Assembly: GCA_028023455.1 (NCBI GenBank)
Contig: JAQFVV010000004.1
Coordinates: forward strand, 19,592,001 to 19,655,561
DNA length: 63,561 nt
Direction: 5' to 3'
Source: Epiperipatus broadwayi
Lineage: Eukaryota; Animalia; Onychophora
Every line of letters starts with the position of its first letter. The first letter of the stretch is position 1. A model generated the notes under the pieces. The model was not told where the DNA came from. It made no database searches and saw only the letters and a program-made list of their open reading frames with translations. A program made the position numbers and the translations under genes. Of the stretch, positions 48,600 through 63,561 are shown piece after piece.

Positions 48600-51500
48600 T
48601 TTTATGAGTGACCAGGTGGTCACGAAAATGTCTGGATGTGCTATTTTATTGTCTCTGTTTTCTAATTGTGCTAATTTGGTATGAAATGTTGATGTATGTA
48701 ACCTTGTATTATGGCTAAAAGTGAATGTCCATTGTAAGCACCAGAATGCCAGAATGCATAGAGCACAAAAGTTGTTGCATGGATTGTAGAGGTAGATGTT
48801 CTGCGGAATGCGCTGATGATAACCTTGCAGGAAAATGTTTGGTTGTATATGTGGGTTAGTTATTTCATGTCAAATGTTGTTTAATACTAAGCAGTTGTAA
48901 AACAGATGTTGTTGAGTTTCTTCTGCTCAGTGGCATAATGTACAGAAAGGGTCTATTTTTGTATACAAGCATCTGAATCTTAGGAAGTATAATGTTAGTA
49001 AGACATATAGATTTAGTCTAAGGAGGAAATCAAAAAAAATTTAGGCTCCATGGACCATTTTTAAATTTTTTTAAGCAGCTGTTAGTTGTTAATCAGTGCA
49101 AGATCTGCCAATATGAATATTTTGTTGTTGTTTGCAGTGATGTTTGAGTATATGTCATTCTGAATTGGATGATAACTGATGATAAATAGCAATGTGAAGG
49201 TATAGGTTTGTCTGCAGGTATTATTTGGATTAGTTAGACATTGAAGTTCTGGGAAATGTCTGAGGGTAGTTATTATAAGGTTTGTGGTCTTCCATATTTG
49301 GAAATATATGTCATGTAACACCTAACCATTGTGTATTGTTGGGTGACGAGCACTTTGGAGATATTGACATTAACTTTCTATTTCATAGAAGTTTATTGTA
49401 ATATGAAAAAAAAATTTGATGTGAAAGCTTTGGAGAATTGAATTATGGAAGAATAGTAAAATATTTTGGTGATAACTTGTTTTGTATTTTGTATTTCATT
49501 GCATTGATCCCCATATAAAAAGGGGGGGGGAGCAAGGAAAGATTATGGTTTGCCTGGAAAGTTTGTGTCATAAATTACTTGTATAGAGTGACCAGGCAAC
49601 AACAGTATTCTGATTAAACTTGAGATGGTGTGTTGATTCATAGTCTTGAAGCATTTTTTGTAGCATTGGTATCTGCTTTCTAGAAAGAAGGAAGACTGTA
49701 ATGTCATCCATATATGCAATACAGACTATATGTTGTATAATGTGAAACCTTTGATATTTTGTTAGATTTTAAGTATGAGCAGGTTGATGTAAAAGGTAAA
49801 TATTAGTGAGCTGAGTGATAAACCTTGGGAACTGGATTGTGTGGACATAAGTGATGGAGAATTTTTGCCATTGAGTATGATATGGATTTCATGACTTAGT
49901 AGTAGGTTAGTGAGCAGATACAGATGAGTGCATGGGATTGTGGTGTCAGCCAATATGTTGATTAATGTATTAATGTCAACTGAGTCAAAAGCCACTTCTA
50001 TATTAAGTTGAACTGCATTTGATGCATACTTTTTCCAGTCCTGAACTGAGAATGTTGATATGGAAGCTTGTTTTTTGTTGAAGGGGATTATTCAATTGGG
50101 TGTAAACCCTGGATGTCATGCACTTTCTGTGATAAGTGATTTGCAAAATTCCACAAGTATAGGGAAGTGAACTGGCTAAAAAGTGCAAGGACAAATTTTT
50201 GAATGCCATGTGTTCCTGGGTGACATGTATTGGGAAATGTGGACAGTTTAGCAGCAAATTATATGGTGTTGAATGGGGTGTTTGTTTTTGGTTTTCCAAA
50301 GACATCAGAAAGAGATTTGACTGGGTGGTATGTTTGTAGTTTTTGTTTGAAATGAGGATAGATTGGTTTTAACATATGTGACCCCCTCGTCTGAAAGCGG
50401 CATTGACACTCTGAGAGTAGTCCAAGGCCCAGCGAATGTATTTTTTGGTCCATGTATGTTGTTGACAGAGGCAGATTTTTCTTTTTTTTTTATTGCCAGG
50501 AAGTTCTTGAGATTGTTACAGATATTATTTTATGCTAAAGGAAGTTTGCACATATTTTGTTGACTGGTGTGTGTTGGATTTAGATTTGTAATTTACCTAT
50601 GTATTTCATCAGCAAGCACTAATAGTCTGGAGGGTGGGGAGATTTGCATATAATGTGATCTATATTGAATGATAAAATATCTTTGGATGGGGACAAGTTG
50701 CATATTTTTGATTTTCTGGAGCATTATATATGTCTCTGAAAAAATAAATTCCAGGGTGGCAGTTGGAAGCAGTATTCTAATTGTTTTCCTATGTGTAAGT
50801 GAAGCCAACTGAATTTTGTCTAGTCAATCAACATGGTTAGTGCAGAGTGATCAGAGAAAGGAAATGGGTTGATATTTGGGCTGATTAGATGGTGAAACAT
50901 AGATGAATAAAAACACATGTCAACCTCTGATGTATGATGATCATTGTGAAGTAATTGCATCACTTGTCAGAAAACTCTCGGCAAAACCCTCGGCAATCAT
51001 AAGTGATATCGATATTTGATGTAGCCACTTTGAAATAAATTCTTAATATTTCATATTGAAATCCTTGATTAGTATAGTGGAATGTGAATTAGTATCAAGT
51101 AATGAGTTTATGTTTAATATAATGTTTGAGACAATTGCAGGACCAGGTAGGATATACACAAATATAATGTTAAGTGTGAAAATTTGATGATTAACAGTTA
51201 CTATTAATAGATTTGCATCTATGTATATGATTTTGATTGACTCAAATGGACAATCTGCTGTTATGAACAGGCTAGTGCTACCTGAGGGAATTGATGTATC
51301 TCTGGATCATGAATATAACTTTTCCTAATTAGTTGTACTGAGGGATCAATTTGTGAGCCACTATAGATTTTAGTTTCTAGAAGTTCTAGTATATGAGATT
51401 ATGTGACCTTTATCCATTGTTTTAGCTGATGTATTTTTGTGATTGAGTTAAGCCCTCTAATACTGAATGTTGCTACTTTTAACTTCATTAGTGTGATCGG

Positions 51501-52650
51501 CTTCGAGTTGGTTTTGCATGGTGTTTTAATATCTGCAAAGCTTCTATGTATTCAGTAGATGTTTGTGAGTGTTTAGCAATGGCTTGATTACCATCAAACT
51601 CCATAGGTATAAAGTCCTTTGCCAAGTGGGCAATCATTTCTGTTACAGTACTGTTTTCATCTGTTTTGGCTCTTTTAGATAGTTTAATTTTCCTTAGGTG
51701 ACCAGGTCTTCTTTTGTTTTCTGTTGAAGTTGCTTCTATGGGAATGAGGCAGGGCATTAGTGACTCTATGATGTTTACAGACATTTTGTTTATTATTACA
51801 TGTGGCATGCTTGTTTTTGTGCAGTTATGTGTGTCATTGGATATATCCAGATTTGATTCTGTCATAACTTATGTTTGTGATATATCAGGTAAGATATGTG
51901 CTTGATTTTGATCCATATGTTCAGAGCTTACATTTATATTATTCATTTATTGTAGAGTCAAGTATATTTGTGTTTTCTTTTGCATAACTGTGTTAAGAGG
52001 CTTCATTTGCACAGTGATTATTTTTGTTTTCTTGTTGATTAATTGAATTTCTAGTGGTAGTCTGTGGATTGTTATCTTCATGTTGACATTGATTGTATTG
52101 ATTGTTTGTTGGCTGAATCTGTATGAGTTGGCTATCAATGCACTGTGTGGTTAAGTGATTATGCTTCACACATGTGTGACATTGTAGCTTTAGTCCTTTT
52201 ATATATAGGCACACAATAGCCTCCTGATCAGCAATCTGTGTTGATATGGATTCTGGATCAATGTCTTTGTATAATTTCAACTTAAAGTCATAACTATTGC
52301 TATATACTGGTATTGGTATGTCTTTGAGATATATTGGTTGAAATCCTATTACTTTACCAAATGGCTCCATCATTTTTTGAAAATCTTGTATCATGTATCC
52401 AAAGATGTGTTTTTAATTATTTCTGTAATGTGATTTTGACGATCTTGGTCAACTATAACAATCGTGTAATTGCCCTATGTTTTGATTTTGTTATGAAATT
52501 GGTTCTTTTGGCTAATATCAAAATATTCGATCTGGGATTTGGGTGGTCCTCAATTTTTATGATTGTTTTCCACAGTTCATTTTCACTTATTGCTTGATAT
52601 AATAATGATCATGGAAAATGATACAGTCAAAATATTTTAAATGATATATC
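48600..52650 (-). mobile_element. Decayed near full-length L1/Tx1-like LINE (ORF1 zinc knuckle; ORF2 APE-RT)
   Basis: ORF1: EPFGKV...LYIKGLKLQCHTCVKHNHLTTQC (CX2CX4HX4C). APE: NIIFVY...TILIKDFN, SDHSA at ~50841-50856. RT: AFDSVD...LNGKNSP...SQGLSLSSLIF..YIN and AYMDDITVF at ~49691-49717. Many stops and frameshifts. Confidence 0.85.
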
Positions 52651-53370
52651 TTGGGATCATGTTATTAAAGTATTCACCAATTGTTTTTAGGGCACTATTG
52701 GCTCAGTTTTCAATAGGGGGGGGGGTGGTTCTCATGAATCTTTAAATTTAGCTGTTTTATGTCTTTCAAATTTGTTTCTCTAAATCTTGGGACTGTTTTA
52801 TTATTTATTGCAGACAGGTTATTTTTTTTATTAACTTATGCATGTTAGTTTTTGTCACAGTTGCATATGATGTAACTATAAATTTTTATGCATTGTAGTG
52901 GCTGTATTGATGCCAAATACTCCATCATGTGGTTTTATTGTCTCCATTTTTTTTTCACTGTAATGTTAGGGTGATTTTTTGATGATATTCCCTAGTCAGT
53001 TTATAATTTTCATTAACTATTACACTGTATTTCAAAAAAGTTTATTTTTATTTTTTTAACAAGTATATATTATTTTACTTTTATATTGTGGCGTTATTGT
53101 TAGATTTTTAGGGGTTTGAGCCCCAACAACTTTATTTTATTTACCAGCAGTATCAAGATTTTATGTGGGATGATGATGATGATTATTATTATTATTATTA
53201 TTATAATTATTGTACTATAGAGAGTATTAAGTATTTTACATTGGTTTTAAGTCCATGTATACACATGCATATATATTAACAATTTTATGAAATTAGAGAT
53301 GTAAACATTGAAACATAATGGCTGTTATAATAACATAGATGACATTTTAGATAGGATGCAATAAATCTGG

Positions 53371-54052
53371 TAATGCATGAATGAAATAATATGATCTAGT
53401 AATAACAATAGTATTTATCTGAGCTATGTTAAACTAAGAGGTGAATTGCTTTTAGCTTAATAATCTAGATGTTATAAGAGTTAGTAGTCAGACATAAATA
53501 CTTTAGATATGACAGTATTTGAAATGTAACAATTTTTCTGAATTATCATAAGCAGATAATATTCAACTGTTAGTGGAAAAGTTTATTATAATAAGTAAAG
53601 TAGGAAAAGTTGTGAGATTGTTTCTTTATACTCACATATGTTTACTGTAACACTTTATCTCTATAGAATAGCAAGAGATTGTATTTGGACGAGGTCCTCT
53701 TTTGAATGCAAAAAGCATTTACAGTTTACAATTTTCATTAGTCACCATCTACCAACATCTGTGATTTTTCTATAATAACATATAAAATATATTACCATGT
53801 ATTTAAAAATATTTATATATATATATATTAATCTAAAGATTTTCTGAAATTTATAGGTATAAACTTTGGGAATTTATGTATGGTAGTTTATACAAAAATC
53901 CAGCAGTGATACAATCAAAGCAAAAAACAATTAAAACTAATAATGCAAGCTGGAAACGTGATCTAATAATAACAATAGTAATTGTCTGAGATACATTAAA
54001 CTATAAAATTTCTTTTAACATAATACTTCATATGTTATAAGAATTAGTAGCC
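53371..54052 (+). repeat. Diverged direct repeat pair (~120 bp; 53371-53490 and 53941-54052)
   Basis: Shared taatgca..tgatcta(g/a)taataacaatagta..t(a/g)tctgag..ttaaacta..tgttataaga(g/a)ttagtag. Confidence 0.55.
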
Positions 54053-56796
54053 ATATATATATGAGAATATGAAGCAAAACAACTTTAAATCATTGCAGAA
54101 GGAGTTTGTTTTAACAGGTTTCAGATATGAATTGTTGTCATTGCTAGATTATATAGTTTCAGCTTGCCTGACCACTTTTAATTTACTGTTGTCTTGATTA
54201 CATTATATTATTACATGAAAATTTTCATTATATTGTAAGGTTTACACACATCCAAATATATATAAACAATAATTGAATAATTAATCAATCTACTTAATAT
54301 TTGCAGAATGGCTTAATTTTTAAATTTAATTTATATCTCACAAAACAATGCACCCTGAGCACGTGCTAATAATATGACACAATATATATATTTCACCCAG
54401 AATCTTCTTACAAACCTCAGAAGCATAACATTAAAAACATAATGAATAAATAAAGATTATGAAATAATATATTTCACCTAACTGTGCAATATTTCTTTCA
54501 TGATTGTGAAAATATTCAATACACACACACTAAAATAAACTATAGAAACTTGATAGGCATAACTTAAGGCCCATTAAAAGACCTTACTATATATTTTGAA
54601 TAATTAAAATATTTAACCCCTAAACAAGCAATTCAGACTGTATAACTTACTATGTCATTTTTTTTACTTTATTAACCTATCAAGTATTTACTGTAGATTA
54701 CCATATTATGACTTAAATCAAATATAAATTGAACTTTTAGAAATTAGATTTGATATTAAAATTTCAGAAAAAATTCAGTTGAACACTATTAGTCTGCAGA
54801 TTGATAATGTTTTTGAATTGGTAATATATAAGACTTCTTTTATTTTTCTGATTATATAAAATATAAGTATCTGTAACATTGTCTTTCAATCTATTATATT
54901 GGTAATTCACCATCCTGCAAATTAACCCTTGTTTTAATGAACTAAACAGAAGAACAGAAAGCACTGATACATTTAGTGGTATAGTAAACCTTATCTTCAA
55001 ATTATTTATTAGATTATTTAAATTATCAGAAACCTACATTAAAATTATTTCTACATATATCTGTGCACTAAATGTGTGTATGCACATAAATCCAAGGTTG
55101 TTTTATTCTTACTGCCCTATATGGGTTGATGTTATGATAAAGTAACAGAATTTGGATTTCAAAGTCCATGGATCACAATACAACTCTGTTATTTTCAGAG
55201 TTCAAACTTCTTCCTGAATAAATCATTCATTTTTACACTTATTTATTTATGAATTTATGATGAAAGTTTTATTTATATATATATCCTACTTTTTTGTGAA
55301 TCTTTAATGTATGATTCTATACATTTTCTTGATTGTGCTTCAAATTTATATAATAGTGGTTCTGAAATAAAATACTCTAAAACCCCAACTTTATATGTTG
55401 TTGGATTTCTGGTGTATATAACTTACAGTATTAATTGGCCTAATTATCTTATTGTATTCAAAACAATATATTTTTCATTCAATAGTTAAATTTAGATATT
55501 ATTTTGAGAATTCATTATTAATAACTTAAAATGGTTAATATGTCAGATGCTGCACAAAAGTTATTTTATCCAACGATTTCTAGTATTCCAGGTTAAAAAG
55601 ATATGACTATTGTTGTTATTTCTAGGCTTGTGGCTGCTACACTATAGCCTAATCACATGGATATGTTTGCTATGGACTGTAATACTATCAATCATAAAGA
55701 CATATGCTTCTCGATATCAAAGAAATGGAGCAATTGACCTTTAACTTTGTATAATTTGCATATAATCACTGAGTTACTTCACTCAGAGCTATGAATATGA
55801 GATCATACCTCTCAAAAGTGCTCAACAGAGAAATTTAACAATAAAGTAAACAGTAGTTTTGTGGGTTAGGTGTTAATGGCACCAATATTGTTTTACTCCT
55901 ATAATTGAGGCATGCAAAGTTTTTGAAGCAATTTCATATTATGTGGTTGCATATTCTACATCTGTATAGTTTTCAAATGCACTCTGAAGATATAGGTATC
56001 ATGCCTCTCATGTAAAATGTTCAGGTATATACTTTTTAAGCAATACAAAATCCAAATATGAAGTATTATTCATCAAAATTAAGTGCATTTTCATTGAGTA
56101 ATATGGATTTTTGTATTCAAAATATTATTGTTTTTTATCTATTAATTAGTTAAACTTTTTTATTATTAATCACCATAAAGAAATAGATTCACAGAAAAAT
56201 AACATTGTATGTGATTAAGAAATGGCAGAAAAATAAATAATAGTAGTATATTATCAATTCAGAAAATGTTATTGTTTCAACTATACATATTCTAATTTCT
56301 AGAAATATAACAGCTCAGTTTATATTTAATTTAAATAAATAATGTAGTTTAAATATAAATATAATTCTTTATAATGAAAGTATTATAGGCCTATTAAATA
56401 ATAATTTTATGCCATAAATTATGCAGTCTGAAATATTTGTTAATTATTTTCCTGGGACGATTTTTTTAAATATTAATTAAACATTTTGTAAAAATGAGTA
56501 GTTGATGAAAAGAGGAAGCAACACTATTTAAAAGGAATAAGGACATTGCCATTACATCAATAAGATAAAGCTTTAAATTTTATTTTGCTTAAGAAGTTTA
56601 CCATAATTTTTGTAATATCAGATATAAATAGATAGATTTTTAATTACAGAAAGATTTTGTTGAAGATTATATTCTTAATTTCTTTTTATAAAATAAAAAC
56701 AATCTAAAATTAAGTAACAAAACTTTGACTCTACACCTGATAAAAAGATATGCATAAAAATATAAATTTATTATTATAAAGTGCTGAAAATATTGA

Positions 56797-57343
56797 AATT
56801 GTTAGATCGGAAGTTGAACTCCGATAATGCGCTATTACTTTAAATATTATAAATCTCCTCCGCACACTCACACATCAGTAAGAGTTTAAAAAACTTAAGT
56901 GAATTACTTAAGTTTAGAATGCATTTCTATAAATATACCAACTTTCACTGACCATGCTAAATCAGGGCTTGAGTCTATTGTGTGCCTGATGTTATAATCA
57001 AAATTTGAGTTGTACAAATCTATTTAACCTTTATAATAATAAATTTACATTTATAAGCCATGTTTGTCTGATTGTTGGTGGTTAAAAATGAGACACTGTC
57101 TTTCTCCTGTGATAGGTTAAATAGATTTGTACAATTCAAAATTTGATTATAACATCAGGCACACAATAGAGTGAAGCCCTGATTTATCATGGTCAATGAA
57201 TGTTGGTGTATTTATAGAAATGCACTCTAAACTTAAGTGATTTACTAAGTTTTTTAAACTCTTACTGACATGTGAGTGTGTGGAGATTTATAATATCTAA
57301 AGTAATAGCACATTATCGGAGTTTGACTTCCAATATAACAATT
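56797..57343. repeat. Fold-back, ~230-bp arms, 83-bp spacer, family unknown
   Basis: 56797-57030 mirrors 57114-57343 (roughly 90% identical by eye). Confidence 0.9.
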
Positions 57344-58721
57344 GCATAAAAATATCAAATATATATATAATTATTTGAAACTTGAAATAAGTTATAAAAA
57401 TCCAATAGAAATATTATAATAACTTCATTAAACTTTTTAAAAGAATATTTTCTGTTGTGAAAAACAAGTATTATAATCAAAATAAAAATGTAACGGTTGC
57501 TTTTAACTAGGGTGTTCTGCCACAAAAGTGCATTAAGATTATATTTAATGTTTTCAATATTTTCCTACTGCTACATTTCTCTTAGCAGCACTATTTTGTA
57601 AATAAAAATAAAATCTGAATTTAACAATATGAACTTGTGCTATTAAATTAAGATTTTATCTTTGTTTGCAAGATAGCACTGCTAAAAAAAAATGTAATGG
57701 TTGGGTGTGATTTTATATTTGAATTTTCAGCTAGCGATATGCACTGATTCTACTTCTTAAAACAATATTAGTAGTGACTTTAATTTATTAGATAATTTTG
57801 ATATGGGTTTTAGTCACTTAGCAATTTGAATAGATTACTATATAATTTGAAGAACAATATTAATACTATGGAGGAGAAACAAAGATTTGTGTCATGAAAT
57901 ATGGTAATGCTCTTAGTACTCAGTTTATTTGATGAAATAAGGCTCAATTTTCTGAAAAGAAACAACAACACAAATTCTAAAAACTTCAGTTTTTCTAAAT
58001 CACAAAAGAGAAGCAAATTACATATTCAATTAATATAAAGATAACATTATATGTGAGGGAAAAGCTAACACAAAAAGAGAACTAAAGAAGACATAGTATA
58101 TAATCAATTCAAAGAATAAAAAATCAATTGGCATTCACCTGATTCCTTATTGACATTATATATAGAACTAAAACTGTTCATTTTATATTTGAATTAAGCT
58201 ATATAATACTAAAAGCATGCTAGGTCTATAAATAAAATATTGGACAGTTTGAAGTAGGTAATCTATATCAGAAAGTAATAAAGCAGCAGAAAACAACCCT
58301 ATATATATATCATTTAATATCTTGTAGGCCAATATGTTATCTGCTATCTTTTTTTTACTTATATATAATTTATAAAAATGGTACATCAACCAAAAAGTTA
58401 GAGGTAGTTTGTTTTTTGAATGGTAGTATTGTTTAGTTTAAGTAAATTTGTAAGCATCTTCAAGAATTTATCAGCAGGAAGTAAGTAATTAATACTTCAA
58501 GCATTAATATATGATAAACTAATTAAGTAGTTTACTGGTATTTCTTATTTCCATACATTTATATGTTATTATGTGAATGGTGAAATATATTGCAATTAGC
58601 TGTAACTAATATTTATTTGTATATTTTATATTGGCATATTAAATTTTATAAAGTTAAATCCAATTTTATGTATGACCTATGTCTTCTCTTGTAGTAGCAT
58701 TTATCATAAATAAAAAAAAAA

Positions 58722-58805
58722 AGCTTGTTTAGAGCTATTAGCACGCTCTTAATTTTACATATTTGTAAGTGCAAGCTATATATAAGTCATGTGACATCTG
58801 ACTTG
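58722..58805 (+). mobile_element. 3' fragment homologous to the 9357-9558 HHR-bearing insert
   Basis: aaagcttgtttagagct..catatttgtaagtgcaagct..tcatgtgacatctgacttg versus aaagcttgttaagagct..catttgtaaatacaagct..ttatgtgacatctgacttg. Confidence 0.6.
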
Positions 58806-60515
58806 TTATTATTACTAATATGACAATAATGGAAAATTAATATTTTTAATTCATAGTTAATCAAATGAAGTTTGTCAACAAGAATTAATGTTTAATTTGT
58901 GACAGAAGGTTTAATGTTTTTTTTTCTTGCAACAATTTTGAATAACTTATCAAAATTATTATAAATATTGAGATGCTTAGCCTATCTCAATATTAATTTG
59001 TATGTCAGTTAGCTAAGCAAACCTAATTTTAATTTAAGTTATGGTTTTGGGTGAGTGTGATATTATGTATATATGCATGCACATTAATAGTAAAAAGGTC
59101 TTAAAATTAGAAGAATGTAACTTTTTTTTTTAAAAAGTAAACTTTGTAACTGAATATATTATTTTTTCAGTAAAATATTTTTTTATAGTCCAGAAACAAT
59201 ACTTAATCTATAAGTTTTTTTTCCAAGTCTAATCAGATCTTTCTAATTTAAATCTTAACAAAATATAGTTTTCCATAATTGAATATTGTTGTTTGGAAAA
59301 TTAATGTAATTAATTTTGCTTTGGAATTTCTTAATTATTCCAAAATATTTAGCTTATCTGGTAAAAATATTTTAATCACTAGTTTGCTGATTAGAGAAAT
59401 TCCTTAAATTCCCAAGATAAGTTGAACAATGAGCAAGAAGTCTATATAATAGCAATTAAAATAATTTAATTACTCTGTTTCCTTCATTAGACTCTACTTT
59501 CAATTACTTTTTACTTGATTCTTCTTAAAGTATTCCACAGTTTCTGATGATCTCTTATGTTTTGATCCTGCCATGTTATATATATATATATTCATAAACT
59601 CAGAACTCACTCCAGTGATTGTATTACGAGCTATGTTCTGCTAAAGTACCCAAAAGATGAATTACTCTCTTAAGCATGAACATATAGCCAGCATATGCTA
59701 AATTCACCTGCCAACTAACCACCAAAATCACCCAACTGCTGATGTCATAGAACCCATCATATCCACATACTTCATAAACAACTGAGAAATAAAGGAAGAC
59801 TCCATAAATTATATTGAATTAAAAATAAAATCTTTACATGAACTGTTCTATAGATATGTCAGTAAATCATATAAGGGTATAAAGTTTTTTTAAATTTTGA
59901 TTTTATTAATATGCAATTTTATAGTTGTTATAATTAATTTCATTCTTTTATAGACGTGTTATATATTATAATCATTTGAGTATGTTTTGGCTAGACCCTT
60001 TTATTTCTTTAGAATTTGATCATTGATAAGTAAGGTAATAAACCCACATCAGTTTCTAAATTTATTTTACTTCCCTCTTGAAGTTATTTTCTCCCTCTCC
60101 CTGCAATTTTGTAATTGTTTTAAACCATCTAGATTCTCTTTAGCACTTTGTATATAAATAAATTGTAGTAAATTCTAAAAACATAAAATGCCTGTTTTAA
60201 TTAATAATGTGTTAGAACTTGAGTTATTCATTTCTTACTTGACATACATAGATGAGTGTATAATAAATTTTATATAAGTTAACTGTTTAAAGTATTGGCC
60301 GTTTTTTTCTTGTTTATATAATAGTAATATTAGCGATTAAGCCAAATGCACATGTGCTTTTAAAGGTAAATTATAAATGAATACTCAATTTTTCCAGACA
60401 TGAGATATAGTATTTTAGAAAGAATGAAATAAATCCACCCATTCTTGTTATATTATATGTTGCTGAAAGAAAAAGATATTGTTCTGCTTGTTTATGTATG
60501 TATATAAAAAGATCT

Positions 60516-60517
<2 letters not shown>

Positions 60518-60596
<79 letters not shown>
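60518..60596. repeat. (TA)n microsatellite interrupted by ACATGT
   Basis: Direct reading; the interruption is itself palindromic. Confidence 0.98.
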
Positions 60597-60599
<3 letters not shown>

Positions 60600-63119
60600 A
60601 CAAAGGTTTATTTATATATTTGTCCCTGTTATTTATTTCTATGCATATCACTAGATATAAGCAAATTTTGATTAGCATTGAGTTCAGCAAAGTTTCTGCT
60701 CATGCTCATTTTTATATATTTTTATGTGTTCTAACCCATCTTTATTTATCACTTCAAATTAGCAGTCATTTTGATGTTTACCTTGGGTCAAGTATTCCTT
60801 CTCAGGTCTTTATTATATTTTGTTAATTAACACAGGTTCCTTATAGGCCACTTTATTATTGTTTGTTATATGTTTATTAATATGGCCTGGAACTTACACT
60901 ACATATGAGCATTTTGGGTAAAATAAGCATATGTGAGCTTATCTAATAATAAGGCATGCCAATGTTTAATTAATATTATTGCAAAGATTTGTGCACACAT
61001 CCAAAATTGTTGAGTATATATAAGTTCTGTTATAGTGACACTCCATTATTTTTAATGAACTAAAAGTTAATTTGAGAGGAAGAATAAAGGGATAATAGAG
61101 TCAATCAACTGTCAAATACATTAACTATTTTTTAAAAAGGGGTTATATTCAATTTTAATATATGATTGAGCTGACTATAGTTCAAACCCATCTATTAATG
61201 TAAGCTTTTAGTTTATTTTTTTATTATTAATAAACATTGTAGTTAATTGTTAGATTTGTCTGGTATTTAATTACTGTTTTCTATCCTGCCAATTGTTTAT
61301 TTACCAAGAAATTTCTACTCTTTCTGATCTAATGGCAATAATTATGATGGTACAGCTTGCAGTAGGCACTTGTAATGAATATCCTTAACAACCTAATTAC
61401 AATGTAAATATTTTAGACTATAGGTTTAGTGATGCCCTCTGTTGTAGGATATAGGTGCAGGATGTCCAGTATAATATATATATAGTAATTAAAAAGCATG
61501 TCATATATAACGTGACATTACTTTTATAAGCTTGTAGTTACAAAAATGCAATACAGAGAGCGTACCAATAGCTCAAACAAGCTCTTAATATATATATTAT
61601 ATTGCTGCAGTCCCTTAAGCAAATTCTCATTTTGGCGATAAAGAAAGTGAAGGTTAGTTTTTATTAATACATCCATCATCAAAATAAATGGTTTAGTTAC
61701 ATTCATTCTTTTTTTTACACTATTAAACTCTTTTATAGTAACAAGCTGATTTTAATGTTGCTCAACAGCACATCTTTTCCCCAATGAGGAGATGGCTAAG
61801 TTCAATCAGGAGCGGTCATTAGGCATAATCTTTGATGGTAGATTAGTAATATCAATTATTTGTTATTAACCGTTTTTTAAATAATGCAATGTCAGAAATT
61901 TATTGTTCAAGTCAATAATTCAATATTATAAGGGGACTCTGGTTTATAGATTGCAATATGAATGAGTAAATATTTGTAGAAATATCACAATATTTGTCAT
62001 TACTTTTTTAGAAATAAGAGTGTTTTTTTTTCAGTACTTACAAAAATTTTAATTTTTTCTTAGATCATGTTGATTTTTGATGCTACAAAATTCTATGATC
62101 AACGTTCTAAATGTGTAAACTATAATCTATTTAATTTTTGTCTCCACAGAGATATTTGTATTAAAACATAATATTGTACTTTATATTAAAATTTATTACT
62201 CAATAGACATTTAGAACAAGGATTATATTTAATAAGCTTGTTGTTATTATAAGATTACAATAATGGATAATTTTAATAAGTTCTAGTAAAAAGTAGAGTA
62301 AAATAAATGTTATGCATTTCAAATTTATGAAGTGAAAAAAAGATAAAATTTTTGAAAAATTATAATTTCCGAAAATAATTCAGCTAGAGATTAGCAATTA
62401 TTATTTTTTAAGAAGAGGATTTTGAAGAAAAAAGAGAAAAATTATTACTTGATTTAAATGCAAAATTCTTCAGAATTACATAATTAATTACTCTTCTTTC
62501 ATTTTAAAATTTTCACTGAGATATAAATTATACTGAAACTCATTTTAAAATAAAATGTATTTTTTTTTAAAAAAATATTTTAAAGAAATTATTTTTTATG
62601 TTAAAAAAATATTTTTTTTTTTTGCAATTTAATTTCATTTTATTTCGTTTGTTACAAACAGATTTTAAAAATTTATATTCTATGGAATACACTTTCTTTT
62701 GATGGCACTTTTAAAGTTGTCAATTAATTTATTATGGTGGACAATTGACCTAAATTCTTTTTACATCACAATCAAGAAATTATAAATAATGTATATATTA
62801 ATATAATGAAATGAAAATAGCTAAAGGAGAAAAAGAGGGGGGGGAGCAAGCAAATGTCTAATATGTTTTATTTATGAGGTGAAGATTATTGTTGTAATAA
62901 ACTGAAGAAATTGAATGTAGGATTATTTAAGTTAGTAAATAAACAATCGATTGGTTTATTGCTTGAGAATTCATAAACAGTTTGAGTCCCAGAACCAATA
63001 GCTGTAGTTATTCTTCATCGACCTTGAGCTCCAAAATACATTCCTCTACCACTGCAGTAAACATCACAGTATATTTAAGTTATTGAAAATCAACAAAATA
63101 TTATAGTTAAGAAGTAGTA

Positions 63120-63356
<237 letters not shown>

Positions 63357-63561
63357 TAGACCGCAGCAAATCTCTGCTGAGGTAAGAAGCAATCCTTAAG
63401 TTCTCCGATGTAAGTATTTATTTTTTACTTTTGTTCCAACTTGTTATTCGCAAAACAAACATAATACAGGAAAAATCGAATTATATAATAGATTAATAGT
63501 GTTTTTTGAAAAATATCGGTGTGTTTTAATATCTTTTTTAAAAAAATAAAAAAATACTGAC

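Overview
Very AT-rich, CpG-poor eukaryotic (metazoan, probably invertebrate; inference) non-coding DNA. No host protein-coding gene could be supported, and most ORF-track entries are spurious. The window is a graveyard of decayed transposons: a Ty3/Gypsy integrase remnant, an RTE LINE, a second LINE with a CCHC C-terminus, a near full-length L1/Tx1-like LINE, a mariner transposase, a possible hAT remnant, tRNA-derived SINE-like inserts and four long microsatellites. The main structure not explained by the ORF track is a set of about 16 minimal type I hammerhead-ribozyme (HHR) motifs in three sequence families. (1) A young Penelope-like (GIY-YIG) fold-back insertion carries an HHR with an apparently covaried core (AUGAUUA, A3-U8). 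(2) A non-coding ~470-nt monomer family (called family R here) occurs as 1.3-1.6-mer head-to-tail arrays, often with a 5'-inverted segment, 13-bp target-site duplications (TSDs) and a fixed 3' end about 150 nt downstream of the predicted cleavage site. This is retrozyme-like and plausibly mobilised by Penelope-like elements (PLEs). (3) A short third family is inserted into the RTE and mariner relics. Several further orphan fold-backs, a locally templated 218-bp inverted insertion, and two different tRNA heads sharing one 3' tail were also found. All alignments and folds were done by eye, so coordinates of decayed elements are approximate.
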